Below are positions 18,601 through 28,164 of a stretch of DNA of 64,000 nucleotides, piece after piece. The stretch comes from a virus. The position numbers and the translations under genes are program-made. The stretch covers positions 1,139-65,138 of the IMG/VR virus record IMGVR_UViG_3300005669_000010; one strand, given 5' to 3'. Each line of letters opens with the position of its first letter. The first letter of the stretch is position 1. The notes under the pieces are model-generated. The model was not told the DNA's origin, ran no database searches, and worked only from the letters and a program-made list of their open reading frames with translations.

Positions 18601-21600
18601 ATAGCCTTTGCTACCTCGTCGTAACGCTCCTTGATCTTCGAGAGCTTCTTTTCCTCGGTATCCAAACGAGCCTGGGCGGCGTCTCTGGCTGCGGTCAACT
18701 TGTCGATAACAGCCTGCTGCTTCTCTACCGCAGCTGTGGCGGCATCAAGCTTTGCTTGGTACTTCTCGATGTCAGCTGCAGCACCTTGAACGCCCGCCAT
18801 GATCTCATCGAAGGGAAGTTCCTTCATTGCATTTGCAGCCTGCTCGATCTGTCGAGTCAGGGGATCAAACTGAAGACTGTTCTCAAGGTCAAGAATCTCG
18901 CCCTGTCGCTGAAGCTCAGCAAGTTCGTCCGACAGGTTGCTGATTGCTTCGGCAGCCTCGTTCTGCTGCTGCTTTGTTGCTTCAAGTGCAGCAATCTGAT
19001 CGTCGTAGTAAGAAAGGATCTCACTGCCAGCGCCGAGGTTCCGCATATGGGCCTGCTCGCCCCGCAGGAGTTCCTGGGCTCCATTGATTGCATCAATACG
19101 GGACTTGATGTCATCAAGGCTGCCCGAGACCTCCTCCATCCTCATCATCTCAAGGCGGAGGCGCTTCTGGGCCATCTCGTTTTCGAAGATCTTGTCGGAC
19201 ATCTCGCCCATGCCCTCGATCGGGGCACTGGCGAAGTAGTTGAGACGATCCTGCGCCTCACTGAGAGCATCCTGCCACTTGTTCTGTGTGGCGACAAGCT
19301 TGTCGAGCTTTGCCTGCTGCTTGTCGAGCTTTGCGTTTGCTCGTTCCACTGCAGCGGCCCACCTGTCAACGACAGCCTGCTGCTTGTTCATCTGCCGCTC
19401 AAGCTTGGCAAGATCACCCTGCAGTTGCTTGAGTCGAGAAATCAGTTGATCGAACTCTGCAAGTGCGCCCGGCGCAAAGGCCTTGATCTTTCGACGCTGG
19501 TTTGCCTGCTCAAAAGTCTGCGCCCTGCCGAGAAGGCTTGCAACAGCCTTTCCGAATGCGCTGATGTCTCGATAGGCACCCTTGACGTGCCCCTTGATTA
19601 CACTTGCTGCATTACCGAACTGCTGCCCAACAACCTTCATGCCGTTGGTTACGTTCTCAACCAGGGAGGGGGAGTGGCGAGCGAATGGGTTGATATACGA
19701 GAACCACTCGTAAATCTGAAGTGCGACCTTTTGGACGATTCGCGCCACGGCAACAAGTGCATTCGCGACACCCTGAGGAAGTGCGTTCCAGGCCTTCAGT
19801 ACGAATTGAACCATTTCGCTCGTACTGTCGCTGAAGTATGCAACAACGTTGTTCCAGATCCTTGCGATGTCATCCCTGAAGGCCCAAAGTAGGCCGCCGA
19901 CAATGGCGATAGCAATACCCCAGGGACCAAGGAGTGCTGGAACGATCCTCATTGCCGCTGCGCCAACGACACGGACAAGCGTTTGCATTGCCTTTATCAT
20001 CGCTGCAGGATTCGCCATCAGGAGGAGAAGCTTGCGAATCCTCGTTACCCCTCCGGCCGCAGAGGCGGTCATGCCCGCCCACATTGCGCTCCAGGTGGTT
20101 ACGTTTGTAACCGCCGTGGCCCTGACGATAGCGCTGCTGGTTGTGGAAAGTGTAGTAAGGGCAAGAAGTGAGCCACGAGCACCAAACCCGAACAGAATCG
20201 TGATCGTTGCCCACATCGCCTTGAATACTGCAACAACCGGAGCCGCACCAGCAATAGTGGTTGCGACAATGGAAGCCCATAGCCACCGGAAGGCCGCGAC
20301 AAGTCCCCCTGTCATGACCGTCTGGGTCATGAAGGCGATCATAACGCCAAAGCGTCCAGCTGCCAGCATACTGGCCTTGCCAACACCTGCTGCCATCTTT
20401 GCTGCCTGCGTGGAGACAAGCCCAAATGCAGCGCCCGCAAGGATTGCAAAGGGCTTGAAGGGGGCCTTCAGGATTGATGCAAAAAGCGACAAGAAACTCA
20501 GGCGAGTCTTCTTTGTTACTCCATCAACTTCCTTGGTGACATCGGTGACCTTCCGCCACATCTTCCATATTGCGGCGAATGGAATAATCATCGCGCCGAT
20601 AAGTGTGGTCAGCGACCCAAAGTACCTGACGAGTGGACCGACCGCAGCCAGGAGAAGCAGGCTGATCATTGCGATCTTTTGGATCGCTGGATCGAGCTCG
20701 GTAAAGTTGGTCACCAGTTGTGCAACGGACTGTGCGAGCCAGATGATGTGCGGAATCATTGGCTGAATCGCAGTAGCCATCCCATTCTGGATGGTGCGCC
20801 ACATGATCTCGAGTCGCTTGGGGCTGGACTCAAGAACCGCATTGAGCTCGGCTTGTGCCTGCTCGAATACCTTCGTGTCACTCGCGGTCGACTTCAGAGC
20901 CTTTGCGTAGTAGCCATTCTCGTCGTTCATCTCACGCATCAACGTGAGGAGTCGGTTAACCTGATAACGAGAACCTAGTACCGTTGCGACAACCTGCTTC
21001 TGGCTGTCGGAAAGGACATAGCCACCATCTGCAGATTCCTTCAGGCTGTCGCCCATGTGCTCCGCAAGGATCGTCAAGCGCTCCATAGCGGTAGACGACT
21101 GCCAAGCGGCATCTGCGGTATTGACACCGAATGCTCGCATAACATCTGCAGCATCCTTGGTGGGCGAAAGCAGGCGGCTGATGATCGTCTTGAGGCCGTT
21201 ACCGGCTGAGGTTGCGGAGCCGGTGGCTGGCACAAGAGCCGCAGTCATTGCGATCAGGTGACGAAGATCAACACCTGCTTCTCGAGCGGCACCAGCGGAT
21301 CGAGAAAGGCTCTCGATCAGGTTCGGCATCGAGGCGGCGGTACTGTTTTCCACCATGTTCAACTGAGCGAGTGCAAGTGCAAGTTCTTCGGTACTGAGCG
21401 TGTACTGCGCCTGGATCGAGATAAGCGCTTCGGTAGACTTGGCAAGGTCCATTTCACCGAGGACCATCGCCTGGATGCTCAACTCAGTGGACTTGGCAAG
21501 CTCTACACCTTCAACGCCCGCAGCGGCCCAAGCGCCTGCGGTATTGAGTACATCCTTCTGTGCGACGCCATACCGACTAGATAGTGCGGTGAAAGCGCCC

Positions 21601-22013
21601 TCGAGTGCTCCAAGCTCATTCTCGAATACCTTCGCGGCCTTGGTTGCGCCGTACTGTGCATCAGCATGCTTTCCAACCTGCTTGTTGAAGTATTCAGCAG
21701 CTGCTTCGGTATCGCCATAAACCTTCTTGACTCGAGTGAAAGCCTTCTCGTTGTCAAGTGCAAACTTTGTTGCTGCGCCACCCGCCAGAACGAGCGGGAG
21801 TGTCCAGTTGTACTGAAGCTGTCGGCCAGTCCACTGAATCTGGTTGCCGAACGCCATGAGGGACTTGCGTCCCCGAGCACTCGCAAATCCAGTGGGGCTC
21901 GCTGCTGTCGCGTTCGCGGTTGCGAGCTGTCCTTCAAGTCGAGCAACCTGCGCCTGCAATGCCTTGATCTGGGCCTGCGCCTGAGCAGACAAGACACGAA
22001 CGTTGATGTTCAT
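15654..22013 (-). CDS. tape measure protein with C-terminal M15-like peptidase domain
   Basis: 2119 aa; TP901-like core, W/F-periodic repeats, VGEG..PEFVIP, QGGF..SGTSHQGDALD..HLH. Confidence 0.95.
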   Translation of the reverse strand: MNINVRVLSAQAQAQIKALQAQVARLEGQLATANATAASPTGFASARGRKSLMAFGNQIQWTGRQLQYNWTLPLVLAGGAATKFALDNEKAFTRVKKVYGDTEAAAEYFNKQVGKHADAQYGATKAAKVFENELGALEGAFTALSSRYGVAQKDVLNTAGAWAAAGVEGVELAKSTELSIQAMVLGEMDLAKSTEALISIQAQYTLSTEELALALAQLNMVENSTAASMPNLIESLSRSAGAAREAGVDLRHLIAMTAALVPATGSATSAGNGLKTIISRLLSPTKDAADVMRAFGVNTADAAWQSSTAMERLTILAEHMGDSLKESADGGYVLSDSQKQVVATVLGSRYQVNRLLTLMREMNDENGYYAKALKSTASDTKVFEQAQAELNAVLESSPKRLEIMWRTIQNGMATAIQPMIPHIIWLAQSVAQLVTNFTELDPAIQKIAMISLLLLAAVGPLVRYFGSLTTLIGAMIIPFAAIWKMWRKVTDVTKEVDGVTKKTRLSFLSLFASILKAPFKPFAILAGAAFGLVSTQAAKMAAGVGKASMLAAGRFGVMIAFMTQTVMTGGLVAAFRWLWASIVATTIAGAAPVVAVFKAMWATITILFGFGARGSLLALTTLSTTSSAIVRATAVTNVTTWSAMWAGMTASAAGGVTRIRKLLLLMANPAAMIKAMQTLVRVVGAAAMRIVPALLGPWGIAIAIVGGLLWAFRDDIARIWNNVVAYFSDSTSEMVQFVLKAWNALPQGVANALVAVARIVQKVALQIYEWFSYINPFARHSPSLVENVTNGMKVVGQQFGNAASVIKGHVKGAYRDISAFGKAVASLLGRAQTFEQANQRRKIKAFAPGALAEFDQLISRLKQLQGDLAKLERQMNKQQAVVDRWAAAVERANAKLDKQQAKLDKLVATQNKWQDALSEAQDRLNYFASAPIEGMGEMSDKIFENEMAQKRLRLEMMRMEEVSGSLDDIKSRIDAINGAQELLRGEQAHMRNLGAGSEILSYYDDQIAALEATKQQQNEAAEAISNLSDELAELQRQGEILDLENSLQFDPLTRQIEQAANAMKELPFDEIMAGVQGAAADIEKYQAKLDAATAAVEKQQAVIDKLTAARDAAQARLDTEEKKLSKIKERYDEVAKAIRDVESAMSDATSAASALESATKSGKTGGSDHISPTMQNFLDAAGGNFADVGGSGSPIRTNFEDQTKLIEEFTQNITDQAAKAMGGIDMFGPIKKKWAGFKGWLGSAWSSFTSALNDMFSNIFGSESGQSAITGFKSMISGLIDWITGVGSKIGDALKIIWDFIGPSVVEAAKNTWLGLVDAFKSIGSALKESLGPALKNIGPALDGVKNIILLIAAVLAPVVALIVKLLVNIWAKGIRPLLAGLGKLLAGAIDIFGGLIDIVLGFFMLFSKGNFQEGLKTMGKGVIKIFEGLIKGIFGVLQAGWGVIKGVVWGVIDGVIDAFKWLFKVIVGNSIVPDMVKLIVVWFKKLGAIIAWVWNNFAVPVINAFKKLFGLVVAGLKLWWAGVTLAWTILATVSVWVWDNILKPVLDVFVELGKLVFAGLKLWWNSVKTAWNGLKAAGGWIWNNVLKPVFNKFKEVWDKYIVPSLRLWWQGVKNIWAALRAAGGWIWENVLKPVLQRFKNLWSNVRESLAGWWNGIKTVWNSLKGLGGWVKEHVMDPVVDKIKSAWRSVKDWLNDNKSMLTKPVNAIVNTVVKAVNTIIKGLNKVGKILPGKGWNIDLIPELATGGEMPARRAARGFKTAGARAIVGEGKANHPEFVIPTDPTYRKRAQSLLAEAANRIGVSSVNKKLENAPLGAHDVREYAMGGWLTDRIDNIKGVGKKLKDIGKGAIGKIMNPLYDAADRKISSVNWDPAEIPPEWAIGKLRSWTSNADSQLNAGKDKYSTPAGGDVPVTDPANPKGRSNFRGGNFSNLFIAHLKKAEELSNATIRVMQGGFRPATSYSGTSHQGDALDAQASAALIRGLRRVGIAAGDRTGLGNWASHLHAVPGPDSGYAAGSAPWQWNDYVAKGGKAQALNSAWGLKEGGIALARKGPTLAAIGDGRYDEAVVPLPRGWRSGGLIGTSEESKTIHFHGDLSFPNITDPDDAQKFLDNLDNLTKD

Positions 22014-22100
22014 GTAAGCGTTAATTGCACTGGCCCTTCAGCTGGGACCTAAGTGGGCCTCGTTTGAAACGTGCCCTAAAGACCTCATCATCATAAAGCA

Positions 22101-22131
22101 AGCCCCCGGCGCTGTGCAAGCACCGGGGGCT
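22101..22131 (-). terminator. stem-loop between tail assembly chaperone and tape measure genes
   Basis: AGCCCCCGG...CCGGGGGCT inverted repeat followed by TGCTTT on the minus strand. Confidence 0.55.
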
Positions 22132-22136
22132 ACGCT

Positions 22137-22957
22137 TTATCTGCGACGACCTCTTCCCCTTCCAGGGGGCCTTCGAAGTCCAGCTCCTCGTCCCATCTGG
22201 TCGTTCTTTTTCTCGTTCTCCCTAGCCTCGTGCTGTGACTTCTGGCTAAGGATATAGTAGAACCTGTCCATCAAGCCTGGGTTCTGGTCATAAAGACCAC
22301 CCTGTACTGGAAGGTGGTTCCACCGCATTGCTTCGCAGAGATTGAACAACTTGATTTCACTGCAGACGGGAGGAGGGATTTCCTTCCCGCGAACAAAGAG
22401 ACTTACTTGTTCGCGGAAGAGGCTTCCCCCTCCTGCTGCTCCTTGACCTGCTTGCGGAGCTCGGTGAGGCGATCGAGCTCCTTGTCGATCTCCTCCAGGT
22501 TCATGTCAGCCTGCATCCACGGGTTCTTGGTGCGGATGAAGAACTCGAGGTCCTGGATCACCTTGGGGTTGAACTTGTCGAGAAGGTCATCCAGGGCGCG
22601 CTTGCGCTGGCGTTCATCCGGGGGGCACAGGTACTCGCTGAAGCCACGGGGGTCCTTCGGGTCCTTGTGGAAGATGACCCAGGAGACGACGGACTCCTTG
22701 ATGAGCGTATGACGCTCGTCGGCGGGGTCAACGTCGATGACCGCTTCCTGTGAGCGCTGATTCATTCGGATTCCCTTGTTGGTCATCTTCTGGAATCGCG
22801 TCTTCGCGCCCTCGTTCATGGGGCGGATTTCGAAGTACTGCTTCCCATCCGGGAGCTCGTACTTGAACGTCTCATCGACGCCCCAGTAGTCTTCGAAGGT
22901 CGGTCGATCCTCGAAGGCATCCTGCTGTTGGTTCTGTCCGTAATCTTCTTGCGTCAT
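22137..22957 (-). CDS. tail assembly chaperone, long form by -1 frameshift at G GGG GAA (22430-22424)
   Basis: -1 frame GGSLFREQVSLFVRGKEIPPPVCSEIKLFNLCEAMRW joins ORF 22349..22137. Confidence 0.85.
22403..22957 (-). CDS. tail assembly chaperone, short form
   Basis: Between major tail and tape measure genes. Confidence 0.88.
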   Translation of the reverse strand: MTQEDYGQNQQQDAFEDRPTFEDYWGVDETFKYELPDGKQYFEIRPMNEGAKTRFQKMTNKGIRMNQRSQEAVIDVDPADERHTLIKESVVSWVIFHKDPKDPRGFSEYLCPPDERQRKRALDDLLDKFNPKVIQDLEFFIRTKNPWMQADMNLEEIDKELDRLTELRKQVKEQQEGEASSANK

Positions 22958-23006
22958 GACCTTTGTGTCCCTCTCTGTGGACTAGCGCTGGTTATCCTAG
23001 GATGGG

Positions 23007-23062
23007 GTTTGCCCCCGCCGCATTCTACCCAATAGTTCGGGCGGAACGCAACGGGGGCAAAC
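23007..23062 (-). terminator. long hairpin after the major tail gene
   Basis: GTTTGCCCCCG/CGGGGGCAAAC plus inner stem with G-U pairs on the minus-strand RNA. Confidence 0.6.
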
Positions 23063-23076
23063 AGTCGGAACCTCGA

Positions 23077-24087
23077 TCAGAAGATCGTGTCCTCCGCACT
23101 CCTGACCGTGGAGGTCAGAATCTTGGTTGCAGCCGACGGACGGAGCGCCCGGAAGCTGATGTCGTTCTCGATCACGTCGTCACCCGAGGGCTCCAACGCG
23201 AAGGGCTCGAGAGCGATCTTCGGGATGGTGAACTTGATCTCACCCTTCACCGGTGGCGTGCTGCCGACGATGTCCTCGTAGGTCGTGCAGGTGATGATCA
23301 GTTCATCCTTGGTGGTCAGGCCACCCGGCGTGGTCGCAACAGCCGTTCCCAGAACAGCCCGCCGCCAGAGAGCCGAGTCGGCTGGCCGGATCGCGAACGA
23401 ACCGGACACCTCTCGAGCCTTTGCGGTGAGGTCTCCGAGGATGAACGACCCGAGACGGAAGTCGTCATCTTCGAAGTTGTTGTTGATGTCCAGGCTGAAG
23501 GACTTGGCGGGCAGCGTCACACCGTTGAGCGTGATCGAGATGTTGGTGCCCACGATCATCGGCGAGTCGTCCCAGTCCGGGGCCGCAATCTTGGTCACAC
23601 CTGCGGTGCCGATACGAGCGATCAAGCCCGCCGTGCCCATCAGGTAGCCATTCGCCTCGGCCTCGAGGTGGAACGTGTTGACGACCGCATCGGTGAACCG
23701 CAAGGTCTCCAGCGAGCCGCCGATGTTCTCCTCGACTGCAAGGAAGGGAAGCGTTGCCGAATCCAGCGGGGTGAGCGTGTGGGTGCTCGCACCGTCTGCG
23801 GTGACCGTCGCGGCTTCGCCGAGAGCGGCCTTCAGGAGGGTCGGAAGCGACTCCAGGCGAGCATAGAACTCGTAGTCACCGGACCACGAGATCGCTCCGA
23901 GGTAGGCGTCAACCGTGTCTCGTCCACCTCCGATCTCGGGATCGGTGATCAGAAGGTCACGATTCGGCCCGAGCGAGCCTCCTCGCAGCTTCATGGCCGT
24001 GTGGGCCGACGCGAATCCTGCCGGGAAGACTCCCGCGCTCGCCTGGGTGGCGAACAGAACCTGACCGGCCTGCGAACTGAAGCCCAT
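23077..24087 (-). CDS. major tail tube protein
   Basis: 336 aa; strong codon bias; FSLDINNN..R.VSG motif; upstream of chaperone. Confidence 0.9.
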   Translation of the reverse strand: MGFSSQAGQVLFATQASAGVFPAGFASAHTAMKLRGGSLGPNRDLLITDPEIGGGRDTVDAYLGAISWSGDYEFYARLESLPTLLKAALGEAATVTADGASTHTLTPLDSATLPFLAVEENIGGSLETLRFTDAVVNTFHLEAEANGYLMGTAGLIARIGTAGVTKIAAPDWDDSPMIVGTNISITLNGVTLPAKSFSLDINNNFEDDDFRLGSFILGDLTAKAREVSGSFAIRPADSALWRRAVLGTAVATTPGGLTTKDELIITCTTYEDIVGSTPPVKGEIKFTIPKIALEPFALEPSGDDVIENDISFRALRPSAATKILTSTVRSAEDTIF

Positions 24088-24089
24088 GC

Positions 24090-24500
24090 TCAGTTACCTC
24101 CATCCTGGTTGGGAGTCGAGAACGACGTTCCGAACGAGGGAAGCGAGGAGGCCGAGTCAGACGACTCATCCTTCTCCTCTTCCTTCTCGTCTGCGTCGAC
24201 CTTCTCCGTGCTGGTGTCCTCGACGCCTGCGGCACCGAGGGGGTTCTCCAGCTGATTGGTCGCCGCCTCGACGTGGGACTCGACGCCCGCGTCACCGGCT
24301 GCCTGCTCGGCCTGCGCCTTGGCGACAGCAAGCTTTGCCTCGAGTCGAGCATTCTCCACGAGAAGCTGACTCGCCTCGTACTCGCGCTGACGATCCTTCT
24401 CGCTGATCGCCTGCTCGGCCTCGGCCTGTGCGATGTCCTCGCGCAGGCTCTGGTTCTTGTCTCGGAGCTCCTGGAGCTCCTCGTCACTCACGGTCGCCAT
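24090..24500 (-). CDS. acidic coiled-coil hypothetical protein
   Basis: GAGGAG RBS before MATVSDEEL. Confidence 0.75.
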   Translation of the reverse strand: MATVSDEELQELRDKNQSLREDIAQAEAEQAISEKDRQREYEASQLLVENARLEAKLAVAKAQAEQAAGDAGVESHVEAATNQLENPLGAAGVEDTSTEKVDADEKEEEKDESSDSASSLPSFGTSFSTPNQDGGN

Positions 24501-24510
24501 TCTTTTCTCC

Positions 24511-25020
24511 TCAGTTGGTTCGCCGAGTTTCGGTTTCGATCCAGAACTCCAGTGTGGACAAGTACAGCATCTGAGCATTGATCTCCCCGGAGAAGTACCT
24601 CGCGGTTCTGATCCCCCATCGCCGCATGGACTCGGTCCAACCGGTTGCTGGAGATGCACTCATTCCACCCAAGACTACCTGTAGGTTGGTGTTGGTGTAA
24701 AGCACCATGCGAACCGCCGTCGAGAGGGCCGCATGGACCGCAAGTCCACGCTCTTCCTCGGAATCCTTGACAAAGGACTGGACTCCGAGCGTGTACTCTT
24801 GGATCGTGGGAAGCTGTGGAGCTGGTGCCCCAAGTGCTTGCATTTCAAGCGAAGACGGGTCCGGTCCCCAGGTCTGCGGGAACACTCCAATAGACTGCTG
24901 TGGGTCCACGTTTCGCAAGGCTCGCTTAAAGACCTTTACGTCAGGGTCGATTGTGCCCATCGCCAATGCAACGTACTTGACTACGTTGTTCGGAAAGACT
25001 GTTTCGTCCTGTTCAATCAC
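24511..25020 (-). CDS. putative tail terminator / head-tail joining protein
   Basis: Position and size. Confidence 0.6.
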   Translation of the reverse strand: MIEQDETVFPNNVVKYVALAMGTIDPDVKVFKRALRNVDPQQSIGVFPQTWGPDPSSLEMQALGAPAPQLPTIQEYTLGVQSFVKDSEEERGLAVHAALSTAVRMVLYTNTNLQVVLGGMSASPATGWTESMRRWGIRTARYFSGEINAQMLYLSTLEFWIETETRRTN

Positions 25021-25544
25021 TTAGACACACTACCCTTCTGTACAAAGAAAGCAAGCATCGTAAGAACTTGCGTGAGATCTTTTTCATTCAAACCAAGCAC
25101 CGGACGAGGCATCGTGTGAGGATTACTTCTGCCTTGTTGCGCAGTCTTCATCTTCTCGCGAACAGACTTTGTGCGTGGCGGGTTTTCCGGGTACTTCAAC
25201 GAAGCGATGCCCGGACTGGAGGTTACGCCAATCTGACCCTGCGTGATATACTCCTCCAGCTCTCCAGTTCGCTTGTTGATCGGATGCGAACCCTCGAAAC
25301 CTGACCTCTCGCGAATCTCGACGGTAGCGGGCGCAAGGGGAAGCCACTTCCCCGTCACATCATCACCTTCGTTGACGAAGCGATTTGCAGCTCTTTCCTT
25401 TACCCAGGGGCCGACAGCGCCATACAGAAACTCAGCCAAGCCGGTCACGGATAGTGCCGAGTCGATCTTGTTCAGCATGGCTTGGACGCCCTGCTCATTG
25501 CCGACGATCTCGAAGTCAATAAAGCCAGTTGCTTTGCCTGTCAT
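25017..25544 (-). CDS. virion morphogenesis (Mu gpG-like neck) protein
   Basis: RF..EG...W.PLAPAT...RTGEL...Q.G....MP.RP.LG motif. Confidence 0.75.
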   Translation of the reverse strand: MTGKATGFIDFEIVGNEQGVQAMLNKIDSALSVTGLAEFLYGAVGPWVKERAANRFVNEGDDVTGKWLPLAPATVEIRERSGFEGSHPINKRTGELEEYITQGQIGVTSSPGIASLKYPENPPRTKSVREKMKTAQQGRSNPHTMPRPVLGLNEKDLTQVLTMLAFFVQKGSVSK

Positions 25545-27157
25545 GCTCCCACCGCCGTAATGAGATGTGTTGCCGAGCACTGTACGCCATCGGCACCCTT
25601 AAGAATTGCCGTATCGTAATCTGCCTGAGACTGCGCGATATGACCAAACAGCTTTCGAGAACCCTTGCGCACGGGCTCGTTGAGATAATCCCAGTACGCA
25701 GCCTTGTCGGCGGAGATGTTCAGTCCCCAGATTGACCAGTAATTCATCTTTGTCATGAAGGTCGAATCGTACCGCGACGGAACAGCAGCATCAGCTGGAT
25801 TCATGTTGTAGTCGTAGATGTATCCCCACGAGTAGAACCCATTGTCATTTGCCCAGATCGCCACAGCAGTGCCGGAATAATAGAACTTGATGATGCAGCG
25901 CTCTGCGCCTACCCACTGGCAGTACTCGTAGAACTCGTTTCGATACGTCGCGTTCCCATAAGATTCCTTGATGTCAAGTACAAGAATATGAGTATCCTTG
26001 TAAAGTCGAATCAAGTCCTCAAGGAGTGCATACTGCTGGGGGCGACCATCCTGACACTTCGCGTTCTCAACTGCCATCACTTGTGCCAGTGTCATTGTGT
26101 TAATCGGAGCGCTACTTGCGCCGAGAGAGGTCGCACTGAGATTTGCGTCGTGACAGCCGATCCAGTATCCATCCAAAGTTCTCTGCACTGAAATCTCAAG
26201 AACCGAGTAACCCAGAAGGACAGCCATCGTGTAGGCGTGAGGGCTCATCTCGGCGAACCTCATCCCCCCGCCTCGATGTGCCCAAGTGACTCCTGGCTTA
26301 GCCAGCATCTCGGTCACATTGCTGAAGCCGCGCTTCGCTACATGAAGTCCGACTGGCGTCCTGATTCCCTCGTCGGTCTGAATGTACAGCCGTCGCCCGT
26401 CGGGAAGCTCAAGGCCATATCCCTCCGGGGGCTCGGGCTCGAGAGGCTCCTCCGCACCCAGGAGGGCGATGCTCTCGATTGCACGAGCATTCGTGGAAGA
26501 CCAGGCGACATCAGCATCGCTCGTATTGCCTGCCTCTATGAAGGGCCTCGAGCCTAGCCAAATGGCAGTCTGTGTTCCAGATGCATTTGATCCGTAGGTG
26601 TTACGAATGAGTGTGTGACCAGCGGGAGCGGTCGTTGGATTGACGGCTCTGTCGGTACACTCGTTTGAGGCAAGTGTAAGCTGCAGGCAGGCACCTGAAA
26701 TTGCAAACGCCAAGGCTCGCTGAAGTGCCCCCGCCGACGCGCTCTCGCCTCCGTAGGAGTTATTGTACCCCGCAAGGTATGTGTCTGGATCGACACCTCG
26801 AACAACTACGAACGTTCCAGCGTTTCTGCCTGCTCCAGAGGTTCCAGCGGTAAAGGTGTATGAGCTTGGAATCGCTCCGAGTGCAATCTCGGCGGCGGTG
26901 ACCCTGTGTGCATAGAATCCGACGATGCGGAAAGACGTACTACTCGCAACAAAGGCAGGGCCGAGGCGAGTAAAAGCCGCATTCGCGAAGTCATTGACAG
27001 CTGTTGAAGACTGATTCCGCTGAGCAACAAGAAAAACATCGTTTGCCTTGATGCCACCCGGAACAGTGGGGACGTTGTACGTCGTAACCCAACCTGTACC
27101 TGATCCACTTTCGTAATAGGTCGGCTCGCCTACTACGAAAGGCGCAAGCCGAGCCAT
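25541..27157 (-). CDS. virion-associated protein with C-terminal glycerophosphodiester phosphodiesterase (GDPD) domain
   Basis: AHRGG...E....LEISVQRTLDG..IGCHD...LDIK...GADGV. Confidence 0.8.
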   Translation of the reverse strand: MARLAPFVVGEPTYYESGSGTGWVTTYNVPTVPGGIKANDVFLVAQRNQSSTAVNDFANAAFTRLGPAFVASSTSFRIVGFYAHRVTAAEIALGAIPSSYTFTAGTSGAGRNAGTFVVVRGVDPDTYLAGYNNSYGGESASAGALQRALAFAISGACLQLTLASNECTDRAVNPTTAPAGHTLIRNTYGSNASGTQTAIWLGSRPFIEAGNTSDADVAWSSTNARAIESIALLGAEEPLEPEPPEGYGLELPDGRRLYIQTDEGIRTPVGLHVAKRGFSNVTEMLAKPGVTWAHRGGGMRFAEMSPHAYTMAVLLGYSVLEISVQRTLDGYWIGCHDANLSATSLGASSAPINTMTLAQVMAVENAKCQDGRPQQYALLEDLIRLYKDTHILVLDIKESYGNATYRNEFYEYCQWVGAERCIIKFYYSGTAVAIWANDNGFYSWGYIYDYNMNPADAAVPSRYDSTFMTKMNYWSIWGLNISADKAAYWDYLNEPVRKGSRKLFGHIAQSQADYDTAILKGADGVQCSATHLITAVGA

Positions 27158-28164
27158 CAAGGCCTCACAACAAGAAAACCGTCAACCGGGAACCCATCTG
27201 GCGCATCCTCAAGAGAGTCGACAACGAACGGAATTGCGGTCAAGTTGTTGACGGCGCGCCAGTATTCGGACGTGAATGATGGAGCATTCGGCGAAGAATG
27301 TGCCTGAGTGCAAATCCACTGAAGAAGGTTTCCCGCAATCGAGTACTCGACAATGTCATTCACCTGATAGCCAAGAGAGTCCCACGATCCACGGTAAGGA
27401 CTGTGACCATCGGTCCCGTCTTGACCGTCCTCGCCGTCCTCTCCATCTTGGCCGTCTTGACCGTTCGCACCATTCTGGACAGAGAAATCGAAAGTAGAGG
27501 CGTCGGTTAGGGTGATTCGGTACGTGTCGATGGTTCCGGGTGCGCCGTTGCCGCTCAGGAGGGCGATCCCCGCGATGCCTACGCCGTCCTCCCCGTCCTC
27601 TCCATCGTTTCCGCCCCCACCAGCCGGTGGGTTTGCAGCGAGGTACGCTTCGACCGCTTCCTCGATGGCCTCCGGGTCAACCTCGCCTGCATTGATGATG
27701 ATCGGAGGGGCCGTGGGCGCAAGCGCGGCCTGTGGAAGCTGAATAACGAGATCTACGACACCATCAACGGCAGTGTCTGCAGAGATTCGCACATCTTTGT
27801 TCGGGAACTGAACCGTGTCACTGCCTGCGACAAGGCCAGAGAAGGCAATCGAGTGAGTATTTGTTCCCTCGGGAATCAAAGGTGAAATACCACTCGTCGT
27901 CAGGTCAACGACCTTGACGGTCCTCTTGTCATTGAGCGTCATATACCCATCAGAGTCAATGACGCAGGTTGTCGGAAAGTTCGCCGCTAGGAAAGGGACC
28001 GGCACCCCGTTCAGAATCTGAGCGGCAGCGACACGAGGTGTGATCGTAACCGTGCCCCCCGTGAGGAACCTTGTGTCAGGATCGTCGTCAATGTCGTCTA
28101 CCGAGTCTGCAGTAATGAGGCCGAATCTCGCTCGGCACGCAACATACTCAAGTCCGTCAGGCAT
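27157..28164 (-). CDS. minor virion protein with collagen-like repeats and CBM-like C-terminus
   Basis: GQDGEDG repeats; YQVNDIVEY....W.C...H...P...YW. Confidence 0.75.
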   Translation of the reverse strand: MPDGLEYVACRARFGLITADSVDDIDDDPDTRFLTGGTVTITPRVAAAQILNGVPVPFLAANFPTTCVIDSDGYMTLNDKRTVKVVDLTTSGISPLIPEGTNTHSIAFSGLVAGSDTVQFPNKDVRISADTAVDGVVDLVIQLPQAALAPTAPPIIINAGEVDPEAIEEAVEAYLAANPPAGGGGNDGEDGEDGVGIAGIALLSGNGAPGTIDTYRITLTDASTFDFSVQNGANGQDGQDGEDGEDGQDGTDGHSPYRGSWDSLGYQVNDIVEYSIAGNLLQWICTQAHSSPNAPSFTSEYWRAVNNLTAIPFVVDSLEDAPDGFPVDGFLVVRP

